DNA of 64,000 nucleotides from a virus (lineage: Duplodnaviria; Heunggongvirae; Uroviricota; Caudoviricetes), in the IMG/VR virus record IMGVR_UViG_3300045988_149282, positions 32,001-96,000 of that record. One strand, written 5' to 3'. Shown here piece by piece: positions 38,676 through 46,700 of the stretch (position 1 is the stretch's first letter; every line of letters starts with the position of its first letter). The translations under genes and the position numbers were made by a program. The notes beneath the pieces were generated by a model. That model saw nothing but the letters and a program-made list of their open reading frames with translations. It did no database searches and had not been told where the DNA came from.

Positions 38676-39749
38676 ATGGCAAAAGGAAAATCCGCACTGG
38701 CACTTGCTCTGAAAAAGAAAATCGGTAGCAACGACGAAATTCAGAAAGTAACTCATTGGATTGATACAGGCTTTCCACCGTTAAACAAAGCTATTTCTGG
38801 TCGTTACGATGGCGGCTTCCCATGTGGTCGTATCGTCGAAGTATTCGGTCCTCCAAGTGCAGGGAAAACGTTCCTTGCAACAGCAGCGATGATCTCCGCT
38901 CAAAAACAAGATGGTCTGGCGGTATTCCTCGATCATGAAAACAGTTTTGACGTTGGCCTGGCTGTAGCCAATGGCCTGAACGCAGATGAGGATGACGGTC
39001 AGTGGGTATACAAGCAGCCTGATACCTTCGAAGACTCTGTAGAGTTGATCGGCACAATTCTTAAATTGGTACGTGATGAAGAGCTTATTCCTGAATCAGC
39101 ACCTATCTGTATCGTGGCTGACTCACTTGCGTCTATGGTTCCGAACTCCAAAGCCGAGAAGTTCGAAAAGATGGCTGAAGGCACTGCCAAAGACAAAGAT
39201 CAGCTAAACATGAACGACAATACGGCACTGGCTCGTGCGACAAGTGCGAACTTCCCTACTCTGGCTTTGTGGGCACGCAAATACAACGCCTGCATCATCT
39301 TCTTGAATCAGGTTCGCACAAAAATCGGTGTAATGTTTGGCGACCCTACTACGTCTCCAGGTGGAGATTCACCGAAGTTCTACGCTTCTGTACGTATCCG
39401 TCTTGGTGCATCGGTGATGAAGGATGGTAAAGAGAAGATCGGCCAGGACGTAGGCGCAGAATGCATCAAAAACAAAGTTGCACCACCGTATGGCAAATGC
39501 ACCTGGAAATTCTACTTCGATCCTACTCGTGGCCTCGACGTTATCGAATCGCTCGTCGAGTACATGCTGGAAGAAGGATACCTGCCAAAGAACGCCAGCG
39601 GGCGAGTTGAAATTGGTGACAAGAAATACACCAAATCGCAGATCGTCGAGATGTATCGGGAGAAGCCACTGGCTGAAATCATTGCGGCTTTGCAGGCAAT
39701 CGACGACCGAAGAGCAAAAGACAACCCAACCGAGTCAGTAGAAGAGTAA
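38676..39749 (+). CDS. RecA/UvsX-like recombinase
   Basis: Walker A GPPSAGKTFLA, Walker B-like ICIVADSLAS; AAAGGAG ribosome-binding site. Confidence 0.7.
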   Translation: MAKGKSALALALKKKIGSNDEIQKVTHWIDTGFPPLNKAISGRYDGGFPCGRIVEVFGPPSAGKTFLATAAMISAQKQDGLAVFLDHENSFDVGLAVANGLNADEDDGQWVYKQPDTFEDSVELIGTILKLVRDEELIPESAPICIVADSLASMVPNSKAEKFEKMAEGTAKDKDQLNMNDNTALARATSANFPTLALWARKYNACIIFLNQVRTKIGVMFGDPTTSPGGDSPKFYASVRIRLGASVMKDGKEKIGQDVGAECIKNKVAPPYGKCTWKFYFDPTRGLDVIESLVEYMLEEGYLPKNASGRVEIGDKKYTKSQIVEMYREKPLAEIIAALQAIDDRRAKDNPTESVEE

Positions 39750-39753
39750 ACAC

Positions 39754-39779
39754 AAGGCGTCCACAGGACGCCTTTTTTA
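39754..39779 (+). terminator. Rho-independent terminator
   Basis: AAGGCGTCC-aca-GGACGCCTT followed by TTTTTAT. Confidence 0.85.
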
Positions 39780-39792
39780 TCTCTTGAAAATA

Positions 39793-39809
39793 TATAAGTA
39801 CTTACTTAT
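39793..39809. promoter_or_regulatory. TATAAGTACTTACTTAT palindromic motif (class-2 family)
   Basis: About 35 bp upstream of the small membrane protein gene. Confidence 0.4.
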
Positions 39810-39841
39810 TATTTTCGCATAACAACCACATAGGAAAACAC

Positions 39842-40042
39842 ATGATCAAAATCTATCTATTGGCAGTAGCCACAGGCGTTTCAGTGGCTCTCATCTACGG
39901 TTTACTGGTTCCGTCGCTGATTTCTACCAAGAGTGATTTAGCCGTCATGTTTGGAGTTATCGTTGGTTTTGGTGCTCCTGTAATCGGTCTTATTGCTGGT
40001 CGTAAGTTTATCAACTCATTAATCAAAGCAAAGGGGAAATAA
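39842..40042 (+). CDS. Small membrane protein (66 aa, two transmembrane helices)
   Basis: Conserved leader AGGAAAACAC-ATG; two hydrophobic helices; 3 nt upstream of the SPFH gene. Confidence 0.5.
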   Translation: MIKIYLLAVATGVSVALIYGLLVPSLISTKSDLAVMFGVIVGFGAPVIGLIAGRKFINSLIKAKGK

Positions 40043-40045
40043 GTA

Positions 40046-40876
40046 ATGAAGAAAGGTTTACTTGCAGTTGCTCTGGCGGCTATTTGCACAATGGGTCTTA
40101 CTGGCTGTGATCGCGTGGAGCCTGGATACGTTGGCATCAAAGTAAACAAATTAGGTGAAGACAAAGGGATCGGTGAAGTGGTTGGCGTTGGTCGCCAATG
40201 GACAGGTCTTAACACCGAACTTTACGTATTCCCGACCTTCAAACAAATGAAGACCTACGACGAACCGTTCACATTCCAGATGAGTGACGGTACTGCTATT
40301 GGTCACAAAATTGGCGTTGCGTATCTGGTTAATCGTGACAAGGTAACGACGGTGTTCCAGACCTATCGCAAAGGCGTAGACGATATCACCGAATCAGATC
40401 TGCGTCAGAAAATTGCCGACTCTCTAAACCGTTTGGCCAGCCGTATGACCACTGACTCATTTATCGACGGTGGTAAGGCGCAATTGCTGGACAACGCACT
40501 GAAAGACATTCAGAAAGAGATGTCTCCGGTTGGTATTGAGGTACTGAGCCTGTCATGGGTTGGAAAGCCTGATTACCCAAAAACCGTCATTGAATCTATC
40601 AACGCCAAAGTAACGGCTAACCAGCGTACTCTGCAACGTCAGCAGGAAGTTGAACAACGTAAAGCTGAGGCGAATATGCTACGTGAACAGGCTAATGGTG
40701 AAGCTGATGCTATCCGTGCTCGTGCTCAAGCAGAAGCAGACGCCATTCGTCTGCGCGGTGAAGCTCTGCGTCAAAACCCGAACGTTATGGAACTGGAAGC
40801 CATCAATAAATGGAATGGCCAGTTACCGCAGTACATGACTCAAGGGGCTAACACTCCTTTCATTACAGTGAAATAA
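40046..40876 (+). CDS. SPFH/band-7 (stomatin/prohibitin/HflKC-like) lipoprotein
   Basis: Lipobox LTGC at residue 21; SPFH-like core followed by an Ala/Glu/Arg-rich coiled-coil (EVEQRKAEANMLREQANGEADAIRARAQAEADAIR). Confidence 0.6.
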   Translation: MKKGLLAVALAAICTMGLTGCDRVEPGYVGIKVNKLGEDKGIGEVVGVGRQWTGLNTELYVFPTFKQMKTYDEPFTFQMSDGTAIGHKIGVAYLVNRDKVTTVFQTYRKGVDDITESDLRQKIADSLNRLASRMTTDSFIDGGKAQLLDNALKDIQKEMSPVGIEVLSLSWVGKPDYPKTVIESINAKVTANQRTLQRQQEVEQRKAEANMLREQANGEADAIRARAQAEADAIRLRGEALRQNPNVMELEAINKWNGQLPQYMTQGANTPFITVK

Positions 40877-40891
40877 CTCCCCTAAAAAGTT

Positions 40892-40918
40892 CAGGCGTCC
40901 AGTTGGACGCCTTTTTTA
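40892..40918 (+). terminator. Rho-independent terminator
   Basis: AGGCGTCCA-gtt-GGACGCCT followed by TTTTTTATC. Confidence 0.85.
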
Positions 40919-40938
40919 TCGCAATTATCTTATTAAGA

Positions 40939-40951
40939 AAACAATTTGTTT
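40939..40951. promoter_or_regulatory. AAACAA-T-TTGTTT palindromic site
   Basis: Perfect palindrome 17 nt upstream of ATG 40968. Confidence 0.45.
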
Positions 40952-40967
40952 AAAAGGATAAGAAAAC

Positions 40968-41393
40968 ATGACAGTTATTAAGAAACTCTACGATGCCGCA
41001 AACGTGGCTCTGGATGTTATTGATGATGAAGTAGCAAAAGGCTTTCCTGAACCTGATTGGGCGCATCAGCTACGAAACGCTATCGCAGAAATGACCCCAC
41101 CAGATCCAACCCCCGACGAGACAGACTGGCAGCGATTCATCCGTATGTACGCTCAGGAAATAGGTCCAACGCCAACGGCAGAGCAGGCAATGCTGCTGAA
41201 ATACTTCAAAGAGGCGGGAGAGGATTTACCAATTGATGACTCAGCATATTGGTTCCACTGCGCATGGCGTAAGTATGACGTGATATACACACAAGGCATG
41301 GGAAGCAAAGATATGGTTGTGTGGCATCTACTCCATATAGACACAGCCGTTGACAGAGTTATTGAACAGTTTTTCCCTAACCAAGAAGATTGA
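40968..41393 (+). CDS. Hypothetical protein (141 aa)
   Basis: ORF with palindromic site upstream; no motif recognised. Confidence 0.55.
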   Translation: MTVIKKLYDAANVALDVIDDEVAKGFPEPDWAHQLRNAIAEMTPPDPTPDETDWQRFIRMYAQEIGPTPTAEQAMLLKYFKEAGEDLPIDDSAYWFHCAWRKYDVIYTQGMGSKDMVVWHLLHIDTAVDRVIEQFFPNQED

Positions 41394-41448
41394 TCGCCTA
41401 TTCATAACTAACAAAATAAGTAAACACTAACCACAAAAGGAAAAACAC

Positions 41449-41724
41449 ATGAGAGTTTTAGTTCGAATCGTTACCAGCACTGTCTATGACGTGTTTCCGC
41501 TTTTTATGGTCAAAGTCGATGGCCTTAACGATGAAGAAACTGACGCGCTGATCCAGCGTACTCTTGTTGAATATACAGGTCATGACGCTGATTCAGTGAT
41601 GGTTGATGATGATGGTGTTTGTTGGCATAACGGCAACTGTTGGTACGTAGAAGAGACTCAACAAATCAGTAATGAAGATGCTGAACATCTTGAGCGTATT
41701 TTAAGCATCAGCACTTTTGAGTGA
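41449..41724 (+). CDS. Hypothetical small acidic protein (91 aa)
   Basis: Conserved leader AAAGGAAAAACAC-ATG. Confidence 0.5.
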   Translation: MRVLVRIVTSTVYDVFPLFMVKVDGLNDEETDALIQRTLVEYTGHDADSVMVDDDGVCWHNGNCWYVEETQQISNEDAEHLERILSISTFE

Positions 41725-41763
41725 GTTTACAGTAAAGTTTATATAAGTTAGTATCTACCTATC

Positions 41764-41943
41764 ATGAAGATTTTTATTGAATACTTGTTACTCATCGTTT
41801 CAATAGCTTTTGTCATCGACTGCATTTTCACTGGTGTCATTCGTAAAGTCTTTTCCCCGGTGCACGACGTAGTCATAAACGCTTTGGCTATCGTGCTCGT
41901 ATTTAATTCAGCATTTGATGTAATCAAAGAGGTGGCAGCATGA
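41764..41943 (+). CDS. Small membrane protein (59 aa)
   Basis: Manually read; two hydrophobic helices; stop overlaps the start of the next gene. Confidence 0.35.
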   Translation: MKIFIEYLLLIVSIAFVIDCIFTGVIRKVFSPVHDVVINALAIVLVFNSAFDVIKEVAA

Positions 41944-42275
41944 AGACCATCCCATTCGCGCTGTTGTTTCTTTCTTCGATCGTTGTGGCCGACACCACTG
42001 TTTATCAGTGTGAAATGTCTGTAGCCGACGTTAAGAATGGCGCTCTTACCGACGTCATAAAAGCACCATATGGAGCGATGGTCGTAGACAGCGGCGACCA
42101 GTTCTATGTTGTGCGTGACGATCGAGTGTTGTCATCCCCATATCTCACAAATCGTAATGGCAAATTAACCGGCGTCGGAGAAGACCACTTCGTATACAAC
42201 AAATACAAGGGCTTCTATGGCGTTCACGCTTCTCAGCAAAGCTACCTTTTCGATGACTGCAAGGAGGTTGGGTAA
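41940..42275 (+). CDS. Secreted/periplasmic protein with signal peptide (111 aa)
   Basis: N-terminal MKTIPFALLFLSSIVVA signal-like segment; GAGGTGG ribosome-binding site. Confidence 0.5.
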   Translation: MKTIPFALLFLSSIVVADTTVYQCEMSVADVKNGALTDVIKAPYGAMVVDSGDQFYVVRDDRVLSSPYLTNRNGKLTGVGEDHFVYNKYKGFYGVHASQQSYLFDDCKEVG

Positions 42276-42487
42276 TGGCATTAACACTGGCAGGTCTGGA
42301 AATCGAGAAAACAAGCGGCTACTGGCGTGCTAAGGGTTTCAAGCAGCATGGCATTCTTGAGCGTCTGGAACGTGAAGATGGGTATATCGTCCACCAGCGG
42401 CGTGAATGGCGTATGTACGATCCAGAAACAGGAAAACTGACTACAAAAGCCGGAACACTTTGGGGTCTGTTAAAGAAAATACACTAA
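42275..42487 (+). CDS. Hypothetical small protein (70 aa)
   Basis: Start overlaps upstream stop (TAATG). Confidence 0.45.
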   Translation: MALTLAGLEIEKTSGYWRAKGFKQHGILERLEREDGYIVHQRREWRMYDPETGKLTTKAGTLWGLLKKIH

Positions 42488-42534
42488 ATGCAAACTGACT
42501 GCGGCACGTTCCGCAGTCATATTTCATAGTCGTC

Positions 42535-43067
42535 ACCGCTGACAGCATACACAATCAACTACCGCTGATAGCATATCGAGAGTCTATCTCACCGCTCACA
42601 GCATACTTTACTCGATTTTTTACCGCTGACAGCATACTTAAGAAATTGCATGAATAATGTGTCCCGGTATGGGTATAACCAGAACAAAATTACCGCTGGC
42701 AGCATACGAATGTCTGACATATACCATTAATTACCGCTGATAGCATATCCAAACAAAAATTCCTCAATAAAACACCGCTGACAGCATACGTTCTATCAGG
42801 GAGTAGCAGGCAATAAATGCCTTTCACTACAAGCAATCAGCGCAATAGCAATAGAATGTTAGTGAGCGCAAACCTATATGGAATGCACTCTTCGAGGTTA
42901 GTAACCACTGGGGAGGTATGACAGAGCATTGAGTGGTGATAGATGATTTACCGCTCACAGCATACGTTCATCTCACTATACCGCTGGTAGCATATCTTTA
43001 ACCGTTCACAGCATACTTTTCAGAAAAATAGCCGCTGATAGCATACATTTCACCGCTGACAGCATAT
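42535..43067. repeat. Iteron array, about 12 copies of ACCGCTGACAGCATAC (control locus downstream of repA)
   Basis: Copies start at about 42535, 42561, 42591, 42622, 42692, 42733, 42774, 42950, 42980, 43001, 43030, 43052, with point variants (GATAGCATAT, CTCACAGC, CTGGCAGC). Confidence 0.8.
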
Positions 43068-44161
43068 CAAAGCAGTTTGAGACTATTGGAAAGGATCTCA
43101 ATCATCTTGATATTTTCAGGCGTCAAATTCTGCGAAAGTTCGGTTATCTTGTTGATAATGTTCTGTTTGGCATCAATTTCCCCAGCTTTCTCATCTGGTT
43201 TTTTGGGTTCGATGTCTTCAGGTTTTGGCGGTGCGACTTTGAGTTTTGGATTGCGGCTGTGAATCTGGATATAGATCGACCGCCCACGCTTAATCTCGCT
43301 GTATTCGAGATAGCCCAAATCTTGGAGAGCTTTTAAGCCGTTACGTATAGTCTGATTCTGCGAGCTGACATTCCTGCTACTCAAATTGAGTCGCGCACGC
43401 AATCGAGCAAGCGATACCGGCGCAGGCTTGGTAGGAAGACTTTCGATGAAGGTGTACAGAGCCTGTGCTGTTTCTTTGCGTGGTAGCTTATTGATAACCT
43501 TTAACTGCAAAAGAACCTTATGGTCAAAGCGATATAGTTCGGCCAGCTTCGGTTCTGCATAGAACACCACCGTATCTTTCTGCTCGTTGTAGTCCACGCT
43601 ATTGATGAGGTGCACCATCAGAAGCGAGATCTTGTTAGAGCCGTCGACGTTCTTTTCTTCATACGTTCTCTGGAAAGACAGAGTTGTACGCATGATCTTC
43701 AAAAGACTGTTTGTAAGCCGGTCGCGGAGTGTTTTGCGGATCTGTGACGATGGATAGCCACAAAACTTAGCAAATTTCGTGATGCTTAACTCGACACGAC
43801 CGTTAGGTTCGCCGTATTCTGCCAGCGAACGCACAACGCCCACCCACGTTTTGAAATCATGATCCATGTCGAGACGAGGACCGGTTATCTTGATATCGGA
43901 ATAGCCTTCAGAACGGGCTACTTCGAGCTGGACAAGCTCCTTTGAAGCATCAATCTCATTTGGCTTGTTACGTTTACTGTATTTTGTTCCCTTAAGCGTG
44001 GGGACGAACAACCCCAGTCGCATCAACGCAATTGGTTGGACTGTATTGTTGCTATTAGGGACAAGTTCCCCTGTGTACAATTCAAGGGAACCTTCTTCAA
44101 AGTTGTCGATGTTATCTTCTACTTCTTTGTTATTTTTACCTTTTTTATTTTTTGTGGACAT
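43067..44161 (-). CDS. repA: Plasmid-type replication initiator RepA (iteron-binding)
   Basis: Antisense ORF flanked on both sides by the same iteron; start set at M41 of the ORF-track product (AAAGGTG ribosome-binding site); basic N-terminus and winged-helix-like segments. Family assignment rests on context. Confidence 0.65.
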   Translation of the reverse strand: MSTKNKKGKNNKEVEDNIDNFEEGSLELYTGELVPNSNNTVQPIALMRLGLFVPTLKGTKYSKRNKPNEIDASKELVQLEVARSEGYSDIKITGPRLDMDHDFKTWVGVVRSLAEYGEPNGRVELSITKFAKFCGYPSSQIRKTLRDRLTNSLLKIMRTTLSFQRTYEEKNVDGSNKISLLMVHLINSVDYNEQKDTVVFYAEPKLAELYRFDHKVLLQLKVINKLPRKETAQALYTFIESLPTKPAPVSLARLRARLNLSSRNVSSQNQTIRNGLKALQDLGYLEYSEIKRGRSIYIQIHSRNPKLKVAPPKPEDIEPKKPDEKAGEIDAKQNIINKITELSQNLTPENIKMIEILSNSLKLL

Positions 44162-44181
44162 GTGGACACCTTTGTCATTCA

Positions 44182-44283
44182 ACCGCTGACAGCATACTTG
44201 ATTTGCCGCTGACAGAATACCAAAAACAGTTGGCAGCATACGGTGAACCGCTGACAGACTATCAATTACCGCTGACAGCATAC
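44182..44283. repeat. Origin iterons (5 copies at about 21-bp phasing) upstream of repA
   Basis: Copies start at about 44182, 44205, 44231 (partial), 44247, 44268; spacing near two helical turns. Confidence 0.75.
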
Positions 44284-44330
44284 ATGAACATGGCTTCAGA
44301 CCAGTCGTGGCGCGGCTTACAGCGATCGGG

Positions 44331-44396
44331 GATCTTATTTGATCTATACAAGGATCTATCTATGGATCTCTTTATTAGGATCTATCCTGTGGATAT
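44331..44396. promoter_or_regulatory. GATC-rich AT-rich block with DnaA-box-like TGTGGATAT, putative origin unwinding region
   Basis: Five GATC within about 55 bp (44331, 44341, 44353, 44365, 44381); TGTGGATA at 44388-44395 matches the DnaA-box complement 8/9. Confidence 0.55.
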
Positions 44397-44482
44397 GTGA
44401 ATAATTAAAACAGGCATTTACTACCTTCGGCGCACCTGGTGGGTTATCGTTGCCTCGGCTAACAATCACAGAAAAATGACAT

Positions 44483-45127
44483 ATGGATCTAAAACGCACG
44501 CGCTGGGTTCGTCGTCTTGAAGACGGCTCCTACACTATCGAATCAAATTCCAACCTGAATAAGCAGAAGTTGCTTTGTGACATCTGCGGTATAGCGGCGA
44601 AGTGCCCGATCTACGAAACCAGAATTAAACTTGATAAGGCTGGTGTGAATTTTCATTTAAACAGTTGCATCAGGTACGTTCCATTACTCGCATTTCGTAA
44701 ACCGATCATCGGATTGGATGCTCCCTACTTCAACACACTCCGTTCAGGTGTGACGTGGCGAGATCGTTTATCACCAGACAAGCTGATTTGCCTCGTATCC
44801 GCAGACACAGGGAAAATCATCCGTTTTGGGAAAGTAGACAAGGTTTACTCAGGCCCAGTAGACGAAATGTTGCGGAAACACAGCCGGTTTAATCATCTCT
44901 GTATGGGTGGTGAGAAAATCGAGAAGGTAGAAGAAGTGATCCGCAAATCCTACGGACACTTTCTGACCAAAGATAGCCTGCTCACCGCAATCTACATCAG
45001 ACATGTAAAACGTGAGTTCGACCTCGAATACCACAGCGAAGAAGAGCTTAACCTTGTTGACCCACGTCCAAAAGCTGGCGTCATAAGCATAAACGCAGCG
45101 CGTAAAAAGCCCACTGACGCGCTGTAA
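44483..45127 (+). CDS. Hypothetical protein (214 aa)
   Basis: ORF next to the origin; no motif recognised. Confidence 0.5.
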   Translation: MDLKRTRWVRRLEDGSYTIESNSNLNKQKLLCDICGIAAKCPIYETRIKLDKAGVNFHLNSCIRYVPLLAFRKPIIGLDAPYFNTLRSGVTWRDRLSPDKLICLVSADTGKIIRFGKVDKVYSGPVDEMLRKHSRFNHLCMGGEKIEKVEEVIRKSYGHFLTKDSLLTAIYIRHVKREFDLEYHSEEELNLVDPRPKAGVISINAARKKPTDAL

Positions 45128-45249
45128 CCCTCCAGATCGTATATTGGCGTAGATAGAATCTACGCCTCCTCAAAATAGCTCTCATAGCGTTCTACAGTGA
45201 TCCTGTCTTATTTTTAGTCATACAGACAAGCAAAGTTGCTCCACAATAA

Positions 45250-45269
45250 ATAGGTATATACTTACTTAT
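45250..45269. promoter_or_regulatory. ATAGGTATATACTTACTTAT palindromic motif (class-2 family)
   Basis: Upstream of the SbcD-like gene. Confidence 0.4.
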
Positions 45270-45381
45270 AAATTTTGTATATTAAGACGCTCGTTTCATT
45301 CCTAACATACCGTTATGCATAGTTGTTTACCTTCTCATTGCTCTTAAAATTTGTATCAAAATAACCACAAAGGAAAAACAC

Positions 45382-46467
45382 ATGACTTTGCCATACGGCG
45401 TCATTTCTGACTGCCACTACCACAAATGGGATGCGTTCTCCACGACGAACGCAGAGGGGCTTAACTCCAGACTTGAAATACAGTTGGAAGCAACGAAAGA
45501 AGCAGCCATCGCCATGAAGAAGGCCGGTTGTAAGTACATGTTGGTTGCCGGTGATACATTTCACGTCCGAGGAACTGTGTCCCCTTCTGTTTTGCATTAC
45601 GTAACTGAAACGTACAAGTGGATTATCAACGAGCTTGATCTGACAGTAGTAATGCTGGCCGGTAATCACGATCTTGAAACCAACGATTCAGTATATAGCG
45701 CCAACGCAGCAGCATCGCTGAGTTCTATCGGCGTGGTAATCGTATGTGGCAAACGCCCACACTCAATAAAAATTGGTGATGTGACTGTCCACCTGATTAG
45801 CTGGCGTAACAATCATGCGGAGCTTATCAGCGATCTGAAAGCATTACGTAAGAGCGTAGAAGGTGATAATCATGACGTTGTTATCCATACATCCATTAAC
45901 AAAGCCATTCCAACAATGCCTGACGTCGGTATCGATGCGCAGGAGTTAAAGGATATCGGCTTTCGTCTCGTGCTTAGTGGGCATTACCACAACCACAAAG
46001 AGGTCATTCCTGGAGTTATCAGTGTCGGTGCGCTGACCCATCAAAATTGGGGAGATGTTGGATCTCTGGCTGGTTACATGATCGTAAACCCGGACGGCAG
46101 TTTCAGTCACTACGAAACCAGTGCGCCTAAATTCATTAACCTGGAAGATTATGTTGCCGATGACCAAATTCGCGGCAACTACGTGCGTTTCCGCGCCGTA
46201 ATTGAGAACGATGAAGAAGGCATTAAGTACCAGAACATCCTCAAAACAATGGGTGCAAAAGGTGTCGTGTGCAACTTCATCCGTAAGTCATCAATGATGG
46301 AAGGGACAGCAAGCACAACGGAAACCAGCAAAATCGATAGCCTGGGAGAGTCGGTATCTGCTTATTGCAAGATTGTCCACGATACTGACGGCGGATTTGA
46401 TCTGAGCAAGTTGGATATTTTGTGTCAGGAAATCCTCACCGAAGCGGAGAGTTCGGAGGCTGTGTGA
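45382..46467 (+). CDS. SbcD/Mre11-like nuclease (calcineurin-like phosphoesterase)
   Basis: Phosphoesterase motifs VISDCHYH, GDTFHVRG, LAGNHD, SGHYHN; conserved leader. Confidence 0.75.
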   Translation: MTLPYGVISDCHYHKWDAFSTTNAEGLNSRLEIQLEATKEAAIAMKKAGCKYMLVAGDTFHVRGTVSPSVLHYVTETYKWIINELDLTVVMLAGNHDLETNDSVYSANAAASLSSIGVVIVCGKRPHSIKIGDVTVHLISWRNNHAELISDLKALRKSVEGDNHDVVIHTSINKAIPTMPDVGIDAQELKDIGFRLVLSGHYHNHKEVIPGVISVGALTHQNWGDVGSLAGYMIVNPDGSFSHYETSAPKFINLEDYVADDQIRGNYVRFRAVIENDEEGIKYQNILKTMGAKGVVCNFIRKSSMMEGTASTTETSKIDSLGESVSAYCKIVHDTDGGFDLSKLDILCQEILTEAESSEAV

Positions 46468-46508
46468 GGCAAAGTCGTTATGGGAGCTTTCGAGACTTTG
46501 CCATCACG

Positions 46509-46700
46509 ATGAAAAGACTTGAACGAGGCCAGACGGTGATGTTTCACAAGCCCTACCCGCCACAAGGAAATCCCGTAGCGTTTTATCTTGGAAGGTTAAC
46601 CAGAAAAGGCGTATTGAGGCGCAGATCCTTCCCGGCGCATACGGAGTTCAGATTGAAAGAAGGTCAAAAGCTAACACACGGTATCAAAGGTGTTATATGA
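46509..46700 (+). CDS. Hypothetical small basic protein (63 aa)
   Basis: Sits between the SbcD-like and SbcC-like genes; weak ribosome-binding site; low support. Confidence 0.3.
   Translation: MKRLERGQTVMFHKPYPPQGNPVAFYLGRLTRKGVLRRRSFPAHTEFRLKEGQKLTHGIKGVI

Noticed and set aside
42535-43067. Regularly repeated 16-nt motif that could be mistaken for a CRISPR array
   Set aside because: Repeats are short, spacers are irregular (5-55 bp plus one 160-bp gap), the same motif flanks repA on both sides, and no cas genes are present; iterons of a plasmid origin fit better.
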